Of a DNA stretch of 64,000 nucleotides, positions 40,001 through 46,141 are shown in pieces (the first letter of the stretch is position 1; every line of letters starts with the position of its first letter). Under the pieces are notes generated by a model. That model was not told the origin of the DNA. It ran no database searches and worked only from the letters and a program-made list of their open reading frames with translations. Origin of the DNA: a bacterium (GTDB taxonomy: Bacteria > UBP15 > UBA6099 > JAJRTR01). The stretch is taken from contig JAJRTR010000174.1 in assembly GCA_024278215.1 (NCBI GenBank), positions 23,489 through 87,488 on the forward strand, given 5' to 3'. Both the position numbers and the translations under genes were made by a program.

Positions 40001-42571
40001 GGCGACGGCGACCTCGACATCGCCGCCGGCAACTGGATGGGCGACGAAACTATCAGGATATACGCCAACATCAGCGGTAATTACTCTTCCGTCTGGACCC
40101 GCTCCAGCGTCGACAGAACCGTCGATGTCGCCTGGGGCGACTACGACGGCGATGGCGACCTCGATCTGCTCGCCGGCAACGCGGAAGTCAACTATAAATA
40201 TAATCGCATCTTCACAAACGACGGCGGCGATTCTTTCTCTCTCTACTGGTCTTCTGCCGAAGACGAGAGTACCGGTGATGTCGACTGGGCGGATTACGAC
40301 AACGACGGCGACCTTGACTTCTTCGCTGCAAACAACGGTATCGACAGGGTTTATACGAACAACGACAACCCGTCGAACACCCCCCCGTCCGCGCCGGTCG
40401 TCAATGCTGTGCCGGACGGCTATACCGGTCGAATATCCTTCTCGTGGTCGGCGGCTTCGGACGACATAACAGGCGGCAGCGCACTTAACTACCAGGTGCG
40501 CATCGGCACATGTTCAGCTTGCGACGACATCATGCCGGGCGAATTCTCACCACCACGCACGAATGCAGGAGCGACTACTTCCATCACTCTCGGCATCGCC
40601 GAGACCGGAACATATTACTGGTCGGTAGCCGCCGTTGACGCCACCGGTTTCTCCGTATCGTCATGGAGCGCGGAGGACACTTTCACATTGACTGAGCCCT
40701 CGGGGACATTCTCGACATTCTGGCTGGACATGACTTCTGACGAGACGCGCGGCGTCGCCTGGGGCGATTACGACGGTGACGGCTACCTCGATTTCGCCGC
40801 TGGTAATTACGGGCAGCCCAACCGGATTTTCCGAAACAGCGGCGGTACTGCTTTCGTGTTTACGTGGAAAACCACTGAGGCCGACAACACTACCGGCGTC
40901 GCATGGGGCGACTACAACGGCGACGGCTACCTCGACCTGCTCGCACCTTCTTACAACAGCAAAAACCGCGTTTACCGCTACGACGGCGGCGACTTCACAC
41001 TCGCATGGTCTTCGGATAATTCGGATACGACCACGGACGCCCTGTGGGGTGACAGCGACAACGACGGCGACCTCGATATTTTCGTTGCCGACAAAGGACA
41101 GGCACTTCGCGTTCTCAACAATTCTAATGGGAGTTTCTCTTCCGTGTGGACTTCGCTTCAGGCCTACAATACGAATTCTATTGACTGCGGTGATTTCGAC
41201 GGCGACGGCGACCTCGATATCATTGCAGGCATCGGCGGTTCCGCTTCGAACAGAATTTATGAAAATTCAGGCAGCAACTTATTTGTGCTTGTCTGGTCGT
41301 CCGCGCAGACTTACTCGACTGAATATGTGCTGTGGGGCGATTACGACGGCGATGGCGACCTCGATATTTTCTCTGCAAATACCGGCGGTTCGGACCCGAA
41401 TGTCATTTATTCAAATTACGGTCTGCGCACCTTTGTGCAAACGTGGGCCTCTGCTGAAATGGAAACATCACAGGCAGCCGCACACGGCGACTACGACGGC
41501 GACGGCGATTTCGACATCGTTGTCGGAAACACCGATGAAACTTCCAACCGCGTCTACAGCAACGACGGTTCCGGCAGTTTCACTCTCCAGTGGACATCCC
41601 CGCATACGGAAGACACGTACAGCATCGCTTTCGGCGACTTAGACAACGACGGCGACATCGACATGCTCGCGGGCGGCGACACGCTGCGCGTTTATGAAAA
41701 CAACACAGACCCCGCGAACACCGCGCCCGTCGCTTCGGATTTAACCGCTGTTTCGGATGCGGAAATTCAGGGAGATTCTCTCGATGTCGCTTTTCTGTGG
41801 TCCGACGCCGGCGACGATCTCACCGCGGCACCCCTGCTGTCGTATCAACTCCGAATCGGCACATGCTCGGGTTGCGACGACATCGTATCCGGCACATTCG
41901 TGCCCCCGTCCGGCAATATCACCGCCACTCAAACTTTTATAACTTTCAGCACTGCCGGTGATTACTACTGGTCTGTGCGCGCTGTGGACAGCACGGGCTT
42001 CTCCGCCGGAAGCTGGAGTTCGGAGGACACTTTCACACTCACTTTCGGCGCTCAGCAGACGACAACATTGACCTCCGGCTGGAATCTCATGACATTCCCC
42101 GGCGACATAGCTTCGAGCACTATCAGCTCATCTCTCAGTACTTACTCTGATGTCGGCGACACATTCGGTTTCTCCGGCGGCAAACTTATTGAAGGAACAA
42201 GCGTTAATGTCGAACTCGCTTCAGGCTACTGGGTATACGCGGAAAACTCCGTGGAAATAACACTCGGCGGCGCGTCGGCTACGCCAGACTCTCAAACCGT
42301 CACTGTCTCTCCACTCGACAACGGCTGGAACCTCGTCGGAAATCCTTATGTGAAATATCTGAAATGGGCCGACAACATAACCATCGACTGCGGCTCAGGA
42401 GACACAGTTCTTTCCGGTGCCGTGACAGCAGGATATACCGACGGCAACATATATGAATATTCGGGGTCAGGGTATGAAAAAATATCCAGCGGCGACTACA
42501 TAAAACCATGGAACGCATTTTTTATTAGGATCGAGCAAACCTGCTGCTCGATGAAGCTCACACTTGATTAA
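31064..42571 (+). CDS. Giant secreted FG-GAP/VCBS-repeat protein (3835 aa), eight [7-bladed propeller + FN3-like] modules
   Basis: Signal peptide 'MQKSNLKHFVVAIFMICAISVHASASA'. About 60 copies of 'AWGDYDGDGDLD..(N)..NRVY.N.G.G.FT..W.S'. Eight copies of an FN3-like unit '(LSWSA.SDDITP...YQLRIGTCSGCDDIVSG.F.PP...T......GTYYWSVAAVD.TGFS.S.WS)'. Confidence 0.85.
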   Translation: MQKSNLKHFVVAIFMICAISVHASASADFTSSWTSIETNESTCSAWGDYDGDGDLDVVVGDANTGTMLYSNAGGASFSIVWQSEDADLVVSLAWGDYDRDGDLDILVGNNPGNNRVYSNSGGGVFTLAWTSSSVRRTVRAEWGDADADGDLDFLAGVYDEPARAFRNTGASQFELIWSSQESDPTTCIDWADADADGDLDFVKSANSAVDRVYRNEGGSAYTLMWSSARSDKAYFTEWSDYDGDGDLDFAVANYDEKDRVYKNSGNWYFDMVWASATDSPSIGLAWGDYDGDGDSDLLFGNYAASNNVVAYAGSDNFTDSWSSPEADYTYQVTWADYDGDGDLDHFVSNISSQSNRLYKNNLSISNSPPAAPVITGQPDGLPGLITLSWSAASDDITPAVDLTYQVRVGTCSGCGGIISGAFAPPFGNSRQTEFHKLNIQDDGTYYWSVAAVDSAGFSTSTWYVEDSFTISAPSGTPYQSIWTGPSSDQTTAIATADYDDDGDLDFIAANDSEVNTVYRYNGNNTFTAVWSSPETDATNDAAWADYDGDGDLDHAVADNGANRVYSKTDDYNFSLVWSSTETSNSLATAWGDYDRDGDLDLFAGNVGANHLYRNNSDDTFTLVWTSTETDTTSGAVWLDADADGVPDIFCASDGTSDRLYLNNGDDTFTLAWSSTQTDATKDAAAADYDGDGLVDISAPAVGATQNRLYSNNGDGTFTLAWSSTQTDETYSCTWGDYDGDGDWDLLAGNSGVNRVYAGDGAGGFTLEWSSAEGEVTYAAAWGDVDGDGDLDIISGNNTSANRLYLYTSDISNLNPAAPVLVAGSNATLSGATVSVTFNWNAAVDDTTAPVSMMYHLRAGTCSGCDDIVSGAYASPVPNVGATTSISIVFDATGTYYWSVAAIDNTSLSASSWSSEDSFEIIEPTGTQTPFESIWTGTDINLTRDAAWGDYDGDGDLDFFAANYTQGNFVYRNDGSATFNKVYEDNLFSYTTSGAWGDYDGDGDLDLLFSNYNESNYVFKNTGSDDFVSAWSTTQANSTNDAEWGDMDGDGDLDFIAGNDGQSILVFSNNGSGGFTYGWGSTETNNTSSISVVDFDKDGDLDFIAVNNGQSDIIYDNGGGGTFSVAWTSAETDSGSGGAWGDYDGDGDYDIAVANNTQSNRVYSNAGAANFTSVWTSTEADASHTAAWGDYDGDGDLDLLFGNYYTTSDTDRVYTNAGGDNFPLGWSATNQEYTRAAAWGDYDGDGDLDFIAANEDGSDRIYRNNLSISNTAPPAPTLTLIDDGDPGTVVFQWAATSDDITPDSLLAFQLRVGTCTGCDDIISGEFAPPFVNMGATGSYPMILGNGDYYWSIASVDTTGFSVSSWSTEDDFHLEHIPAVPFESTWQSTESNRTAALALGDFDGDSDLDHIAADSDSIRLYRNTGSYSFTLAWSSSSMTNNMDAAWGDYDGDGDLDFAVSTGSGGYVSVYEQTTYAAFSSVWASSQTDKTYSVAWADCDADGDLDLLTANLADGSTGSNNRVYRNEGRGDFVVNWTSAEADITYDAAWGDYDGDGYRDIVAGNDGANRIYRNVACDYFTIVWTSVESDRTTGVAWMDYDGDGDLDFAAGSADGNDRVYNNDGAGGFSAVWTSTATSTTSSVAWGDYNADGYPDLASVNNSSIADSEHVYGNNGDDTFSTAWNSPLDEESQDVAWGDIDGDGDLDLLIASGGDTSADANILYVNYVEPANNAPTTPSVTVVPDGFTGYVDLQWTASTDDVTPSDEIRYIVRAGTCSGCNDIISGLYSPPLTNAGTATSYRVHIAGADTYYWQVKAIDMAGFRESGWSNADDFVLTDRFSSAWTGSAYYNIEDVAWGDYDGDGDLDIAAAVNGTPNLVIENSGGGSFSTVWSSSESDYTRSAAWGDADNDGDLDILVGNTDSASGGDQNRVYSNNGDGTFTVTWSTFEMNRTYDAVFTDCDADGDLDIVAANEYENIIYTNNGGSSFTSSSLSSHQERTRALSPADFDADGDFDLLEGNYGAPNRVFRNDGSGNFSELWASSGSEYTSAVAWADTDGDGDLDAFFGNSYVGALNYINVNDGAGSFSASWTSRDADETYDAAFGDTDGDGDLDLITANSDSDSTRDNYRLIRVYSNSGGNLFAASANMGAGDYAVAVALGDYDGDGDLDILEGSSDGGDDMPVRVYMNNMDPSNAAPSAPSVIKTDNQVLSAATSPISIAWSAPSDDITVTALLSYQLRIGTCPGCSDVMSGAFAPPGGNIGATTAVNINMSDSGTYYWSVAAVDNTGFATGAWSDEEFFAVSLPLFDTGWTSPEGGTCRDAAAGDFDGDGDLDIASSFDAQNMVYENNGSGSFSDAWTSAESENTMEVAWGDYDNDGDPDILVASANGPARIYKNTGGTFSTAWSSIMSVQGGGVSWADLDNDGDLDFAASSYGINNLVYRNDGGDSFTLSWLSSDTDNTTDVECADFDNDGDSDIAAANESGPVKLYANDGAGSFIAVWTSSDTGYTSGISTGDYDGDGNLDMLTVAGSSYYNRVYRGGGGGTFTAVWTAGEDGPFSGGAWGDYDADGDLDFFVSYSGTDSRGSHVYRNTGSDSFNLVWASLNDDASYSAAFGDFDGDGNIDLLSANTGVRTWTNMSTVSNSAPAQPTVTAVGDQEFHISATPAVTLSWTAPSDDYTPSNSLTYQVRVGTCSGCSDIVSDTFVPPWGNAGPSTSYTFNATASGTYYWSVSAVDTSGFLVGASSAEDVFDVSFSMLGTRTPFDYSWYGSASDYSSGSAWGDYDADGDLDILISDAGASAGNRIYSNDGGNTFTLAWTATEWNTTEAAAWADYDGDGDLDAVFVSGGSGEPNYVYRNVGAGGFVVGWTSTETEPSQAVAIGDFDGDGDLDIFVGNNSASVPDRVYKNVSTGFTTAWTSSSYYTTRAVDMADYNLDGRPDLLLGNSGSAMEPIVIYSNKGGECFTEAWTSSEQEYTSAVEWGDYDGDGDLDIAAGNWMGDETIRIYANISGNYSSVWTRSSVDRTVDVAWGDYDGDGDLDLLAGNAEVNYKYNRIFTNDGGDSFSLYWSSAEDESTGDVDWADYDNDGDLDFFAANNGIDRVYTNNDNPSNTPPSAPVVNAVPDGYTGRISFSWSAASDDITGGSALNYQVRIGTCSACDDIMPGEFSPPRTNAGATTSITLGIAETGTYYWSVAAVDATGFSVSSWSAEDTFTLTEPSGTFSTFWLDMTSDETRGVAWGDYDGDGYLDFAAGNYGQPNRIFRNSGGTAFVFTWKTTEADNTTGVAWGDYNGDGYLDLLAPSYNSKNRVYRYDGGDFTLAWSSDNSDTTTDALWGDSDNDGDLDIFVADKGQALRVLNNSNGSFSSVWTSLQAYNTNSIDCGDFDGDGDLDIIAGIGGSASNRIYENSGSNLFVLVWSSAQTYSTEYVLWGDYDGDGDLDIFSANTGGSDPNVIYSNYGLRTFVQTWASAEMETSQAAAHGDYDGDGDFDIVVGNTDETSNRVYSNDGSGSFTLQWTSPHTEDTYSIAFGDLDNDGDIDMLAGGDTLRVYENNTDPANTAPVASDLTAVSDAEIQGDSLDVAFLWSDAGDDLTAAPLLSYQLRIGTCSGCDDIVSGTFVPPSGNITATQTFITFSTAGDYYWSVRAVDSTGFSAGSWSSEDTFTLTFGAQQTTTLTSGWNLMTFPGDIASSTISSSLSTYSDVGDTFGFSGGKLIEGTSVNVELASGYWVYAENSVEITLGGASATPDSQTVTVSPLDNGWNLVGNPYVKYLKWADNITIDCGSGDTVLSGAVTAGYTDGNIYEYSGSGYEKISSGDYIKPWNAFFIRIEQTCCSMKLTLD

Positions 42572-42588
42572 TCGCATTTCCATGCAAT

Positions 42589-43533
42589 CTACTGCAACGG
42601 GTTCTCGCTGCGAGGTATCTCCTTAGCGTCATCCTGAATCTTCATGATTACCGGCAGGATACGCTGGAATGCAAACGTCGTCTCGGAAGAGATATGTTCA
42701 TACACAAACGGTTTGCCCGTTTCCGCCGACTTTGCGACAATCGGGTCGAGCGGGATACTGCCAAGGTAAGGGACGTCGAGATCTTCGCACATTTCCCTGC
42801 CGCCGCCAACGCCGAATATTTCGATCTCCTTCTTGCAGTGCGGGCACACAAGGCCACTCATATTCTCGATAACGCCGATAATCGGGATGTGGATTTTGCG
42901 GCAGAATGTAATAGTCTTTCTCACGTCGGTAATAGATATACCCTGCGGCGTAGTGACAATGACGGCACCGTCGATATTCGGTATCAACTGGCAGATCGTA
43001 AGGGGTTCATCGCCTGTGCCCGGCGGAGAGTCGATAATCAGGAAATCGAGATCACCCCACTGCACCTCGCGAAGGAACTGCTGCAGGAAGGATATCTTCG
43101 ACGGGCCGCGCCATATTACCGCGTCGTCTTTCGATCTCAGCATGAATCCAAGCGACATAACCTTAAAATACTTTTCGTATTGTTCCGGCAATATTATCTG
43201 ACCGGCGGTTTTCACCACACCGTCTTCCATATTCAACATCCTTGGAACACTTGGACCATGCAGGTCTGTATCCATCAGTCCCACTTCCCTGCCCGCGAGC
43301 GAAAGAGCCATTGCCATATTCACAGCAACCGTGCTTTTCCCCACACCGCCCTTGCAACTCATAACGATTACCTTATGTTTTATGCGGCCAAGACTGCGGG
43401 CAAACTCACGCCTGTCTATCGAGCCTTCAACCGACCTCTGTTCAATTTCTTCCTGTTCCTTCGGTGACTTCTGTTCACTACTTTGCCCACAGCTTGTTCC
43501 CGAGCAACTCTCGCATAAGTTTTCTTCAGTCAT
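42589..43533 (-). CDS. apbC: Mrp/NBP35-family Fe-S cluster carrier ATPase (ApbC-like)
   Basis: Walker A 'SCKGGVGKSTVAVN', 'DSPPGTGD', 'CPHC' motif. Confidence 0.85.
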   Translation of the reverse strand: MTEENLCESCSGTSCGQSSEQKSPKEQEEIEQRSVEGSIDRREFARSLGRIKHKVIVMSCKGGVGKSTVAVNMAMALSLAGREVGLMDTDLHGPSVPRMLNMEDGVVKTAGQIILPEQYEKYFKVMSLGFMLRSKDDAVIWRGPSKISFLQQFLREVQWGDLDFLIIDSPPGTGDEPLTICQLIPNIDGAVIVTTPQGISITDVRKTITFCRKIHIPIIGVIENMSGLVCPHCKKEIEIFGVGGGREMCEDLDVPYLGSIPLDPIVAKSAETGKPFVYEHISSETTFAFQRILPVIMKIQDDAKEIPRSENPLQ

Positions 43534-43933
43534 TATTCTTCACCTCGAAGTCATATATATAGCAGGATTCACCCGCCAATCCAATAAAAATCGAAAAACA
43601 AATCCCGACCCGGCATAGCCGGAACCAGAAAGGTCGCATTTTTCACCGATCTCTTTTCAACATTTCTTTACCACCTTGCGCAGGATCTCATTATTATTCA
43701 ATCCAGTTGATAAATACCACCTCACTGTGCAAGTATATCTGAAACCGTAAACTATTAAGGATATTTTTATTAACAAAACTTTTCTTATCACTGTATACGC
43801 GGCACTGTGCGTCACTTTCTTTTTTTCACATACCTCTCTTGCAGACCGGTGCGCAGAGGGCGCATGGGAGTGTTCGGAAGACGGATATACGCTGAAAACA
43901 TGTACGAAAGGCACATGGATCACGCGGGAGTGC

Positions 43934-45538
43934 ATGAGGGAAAGCGGTATGCTGTGCGAGGAAGGCGCATGTGTGCAGCCGTGGCGCTATGGCGATCCCG
44001 AGTGGTCCCGCGCCGGGGACGAGCCGCTCGCCACACCCGAATCACTGTCTGAGAAAGCTGCTTACTATGAGGAGATATCAAGACGACTGCATGTGCATCC
44101 GGAATTGAAATGGATGATGGGCGCTGAATTGCCCTGCAAGGAGATCGAATGCGGCGCGGGCCAGTCGCCGCCGTGCCTCGATTGCTCAAAATCCGATATA
44201 TCAATTGATGAAGCTACCTGGCGCGATGTCGTCAGATGGCGTTCGAGCGAAAACGACGGCCTGTGGAGCGCTCTCTACATGGCCGCTGAAGCGTTCAGGT
44301 ACGCCGCCACACGCGACGACGAGGCGCTCTCTATGATCAGGACGCTGCTCGAAGGCGACAACACCAGGATGGAAATCACAGGTGTGCCGGGAAATTTCAC
44401 AAGGCAGTACATACCTCCCGGAATAAATGGGCTTTCATGTCCGGAGAATAAAAGCAGCTATATACCGGATGTGGAAAAAGACGATAACAAGTGGGTGCGT
44501 ATCGGCAATGACGGATGCGCTGAATATGTTGACGCAGAAACATTGGAATGGGTTACGACCGACCACTGCATCGACAAAAAATACGCCGGTTGGTGCTGGC
44601 TGGACAACACGAGCAAAGACGAGTATAGCGGCAACATGTTCGCGCTCGGCGCGGTCTATAAACTCGTTGACGATCCGCAAATACGGGAGATGGTCAAAGG
44701 CCTGCTCTACAGGATCGGAGTCCACCTTGTCAAAAACGATATGGCTTTCACCGACTGGGACGGTCGTATATGCGAACACGGACGCATCTTCGCAGGCACG
44801 TTCGGCGACTATCCCGGCTTCAACGCCGCCATGGCGCTCGATTTCATGAAGATCATTGCTGTTGCAACCGGCGACGCGCGATTTCAGAAGTATTTCGACA
44901 CCTGCCTGATGCAGAAAAACAAACGGCGGCGCTGCTTTAAAAAGTCGATGTCCGCGCCAAGGCCATATACGGAATTTCTCCCTTTCAACGGCATGTTTCC
45001 CGGCTTCGAAGGCTGCAAGGCGAACTACAACAACATCTCGATGCACATGCTGAGCATGCACAACCTTGTCTGGTTCGAGCACGACCCTGCCCTGCGCGAA
45101 AAATACCAGGTAAGCCTCGACAGGGACGTGTTCAGAGCGCCGGGCCGGCCCCGCGCCGTAATAAAACAGAACAATCCATGGTTCGATTTCATCTGGGCAT
45201 CGCAGAAAAAACTCGGCCCGCTCTCCGACGGACCCGCTTTCGATGTCGTAGATAACGCGGTCCGCATGCTACGCCAGTTCCCGGCGCGCCAGCACCCCAT
45301 GAACATTGAATGCCCGCCTGATAAATGTAAAAACTATTGCAATGACCGCTTTAAAAGGCCTGTGTCGGATTACCCGAGACAAGCGGCGGAAAGGTGTCCC
45401 GGCAGATTCCTGTGGTGGTCCGATCCCTACCGCATGGGCGGCTGCACCGAAAACACGCGCATAATCTACCCACCTGCCGACTATCTCCTGCCCTACTGGA
45501 TGGGGCGCTACTACGGATTCATCAAAGAAGATCAATGA
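43934..45538 (+). CDS. Cys-rich hypothetical protein, probably secreted. The real N-terminus likely lies ~55 aa upstream.
   Basis: In-frame upstream sequence back to the stop at 43748 encodes a signal-peptide-like 'KTFLITVYAALCVTFFFSHTSLA|DRCAEGAWECSEDGYTLKTCTKGTWITREC' with no ATG/GTG/TTG in frame. Confidence 0.45.
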   Translation: MRESGMLCEEGACVQPWRYGDPEWSRAGDEPLATPESLSEKAAYYEEISRRLHVHPELKWMMGAELPCKEIECGAGQSPPCLDCSKSDISIDEATWRDVVRWRSSENDGLWSALYMAAEAFRYAATRDDEALSMIRTLLEGDNTRMEITGVPGNFTRQYIPPGINGLSCPENKSSYIPDVEKDDNKWVRIGNDGCAEYVDAETLEWVTTDHCIDKKYAGWCWLDNTSKDEYSGNMFALGAVYKLVDDPQIREMVKGLLYRIGVHLVKNDMAFTDWDGRICEHGRIFAGTFGDYPGFNAAMALDFMKIIAVATGDARFQKYFDTCLMQKNKRRRCFKKSMSAPRPYTEFLPFNGMFPGFEGCKANYNNISMHMLSMHNLVWFEHDPALREKYQVSLDRDVFRAPGRPRAVIKQNNPWFDFIWASQKKLGPLSDGPAFDVVDNAVRMLRQFPARQHPMNIECPPDKCKNYCNDRFKRPVSDYPRQAAERCPGRFLWWSDPYRMGGCTENTRIIYPPADYLLPYWMGRYYGFIKEDQ

Positions 45539-45759
45539 ATCTGAAATTCCGCTTTTCATTTATACATCAATGAAACAAAAGCCTTCGCGGCGGGAACTTA
45601 TATATATATTTGTTTGTCTGTATTTGATGCCACATTATTAACTGAACTTGTGCGTTTTTATAAAAGGTAGTGCCATGGCAACATAGAAAAAATGTAAGAT
45701 GGGGTAGCGTAAAAACTATTAAAGTGTAGGGCGGGGGCACCGTACCCAGCCTCAACTTG

Positions 45760-45940
45760 TGAGCCAGTTGCAAAATCATGTTCGAAGCGAGGTCGAGCGA
45801 AATTGGTCGGAAGCAAGGCGGAGGTGCAAAATCCCCGCAGGCGTACTTGTAAAGTACGTCGAGGATGATTTTGTGCCAACAACGCAGCTGTTGCCAATTG
45901 CAGCCGACCGTAGCCGAATCAGAATTTTGCAATTGGCTCT
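45760..45940 (+). repeat. MITE-like repeat family 1, full copy (direct orientation)
   Basis: 'gagccagttgcaaaatcatgttcgaagcgaggtcgagcgaaatt ... agaattttgcaattggctct', colinear with 14868-15047. Confidence 0.7.
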
Positions 45941-46141
45941 TGTGCCTGTACAAATTGTTTTCGCGAGAAATATGTTCAGGCGGGCTACGGTGCCCCCGCC
46001 CTTCCCGCGTCATTACAATCCTGACGTGACAGTAGTCGAATTTATGGAGACACGATCCGGAACTAAGGTCAAATTTCTGTTATGTCCCCTAAATTCTCAC
46101 AATATATTGAAAAACGCACATGTTTAGCTATTAAATTGTAA

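Noticed and set aside
31326-42518. Dozens of 60-290-aa Arg/Thr/Pro-rich ORFs in alternate frames of the giant repeat gene (e.g. 32451-33047, 39681-40469, 40776-41642)
   Set aside because: They are by-products of GC-rich, highly repetitive coding DNA. They have strongly biased composition (R/T/A/P runs), no start context, and are nested in one continuous 3835-aa frame.
43807-44052. 81-aa ORF overlapping the start of the Cys-rich protein
   Set aside because: Arg-rich alternate-frame ORF across a region where the main frame encodes a plausible signal peptide and Cys-rich module.
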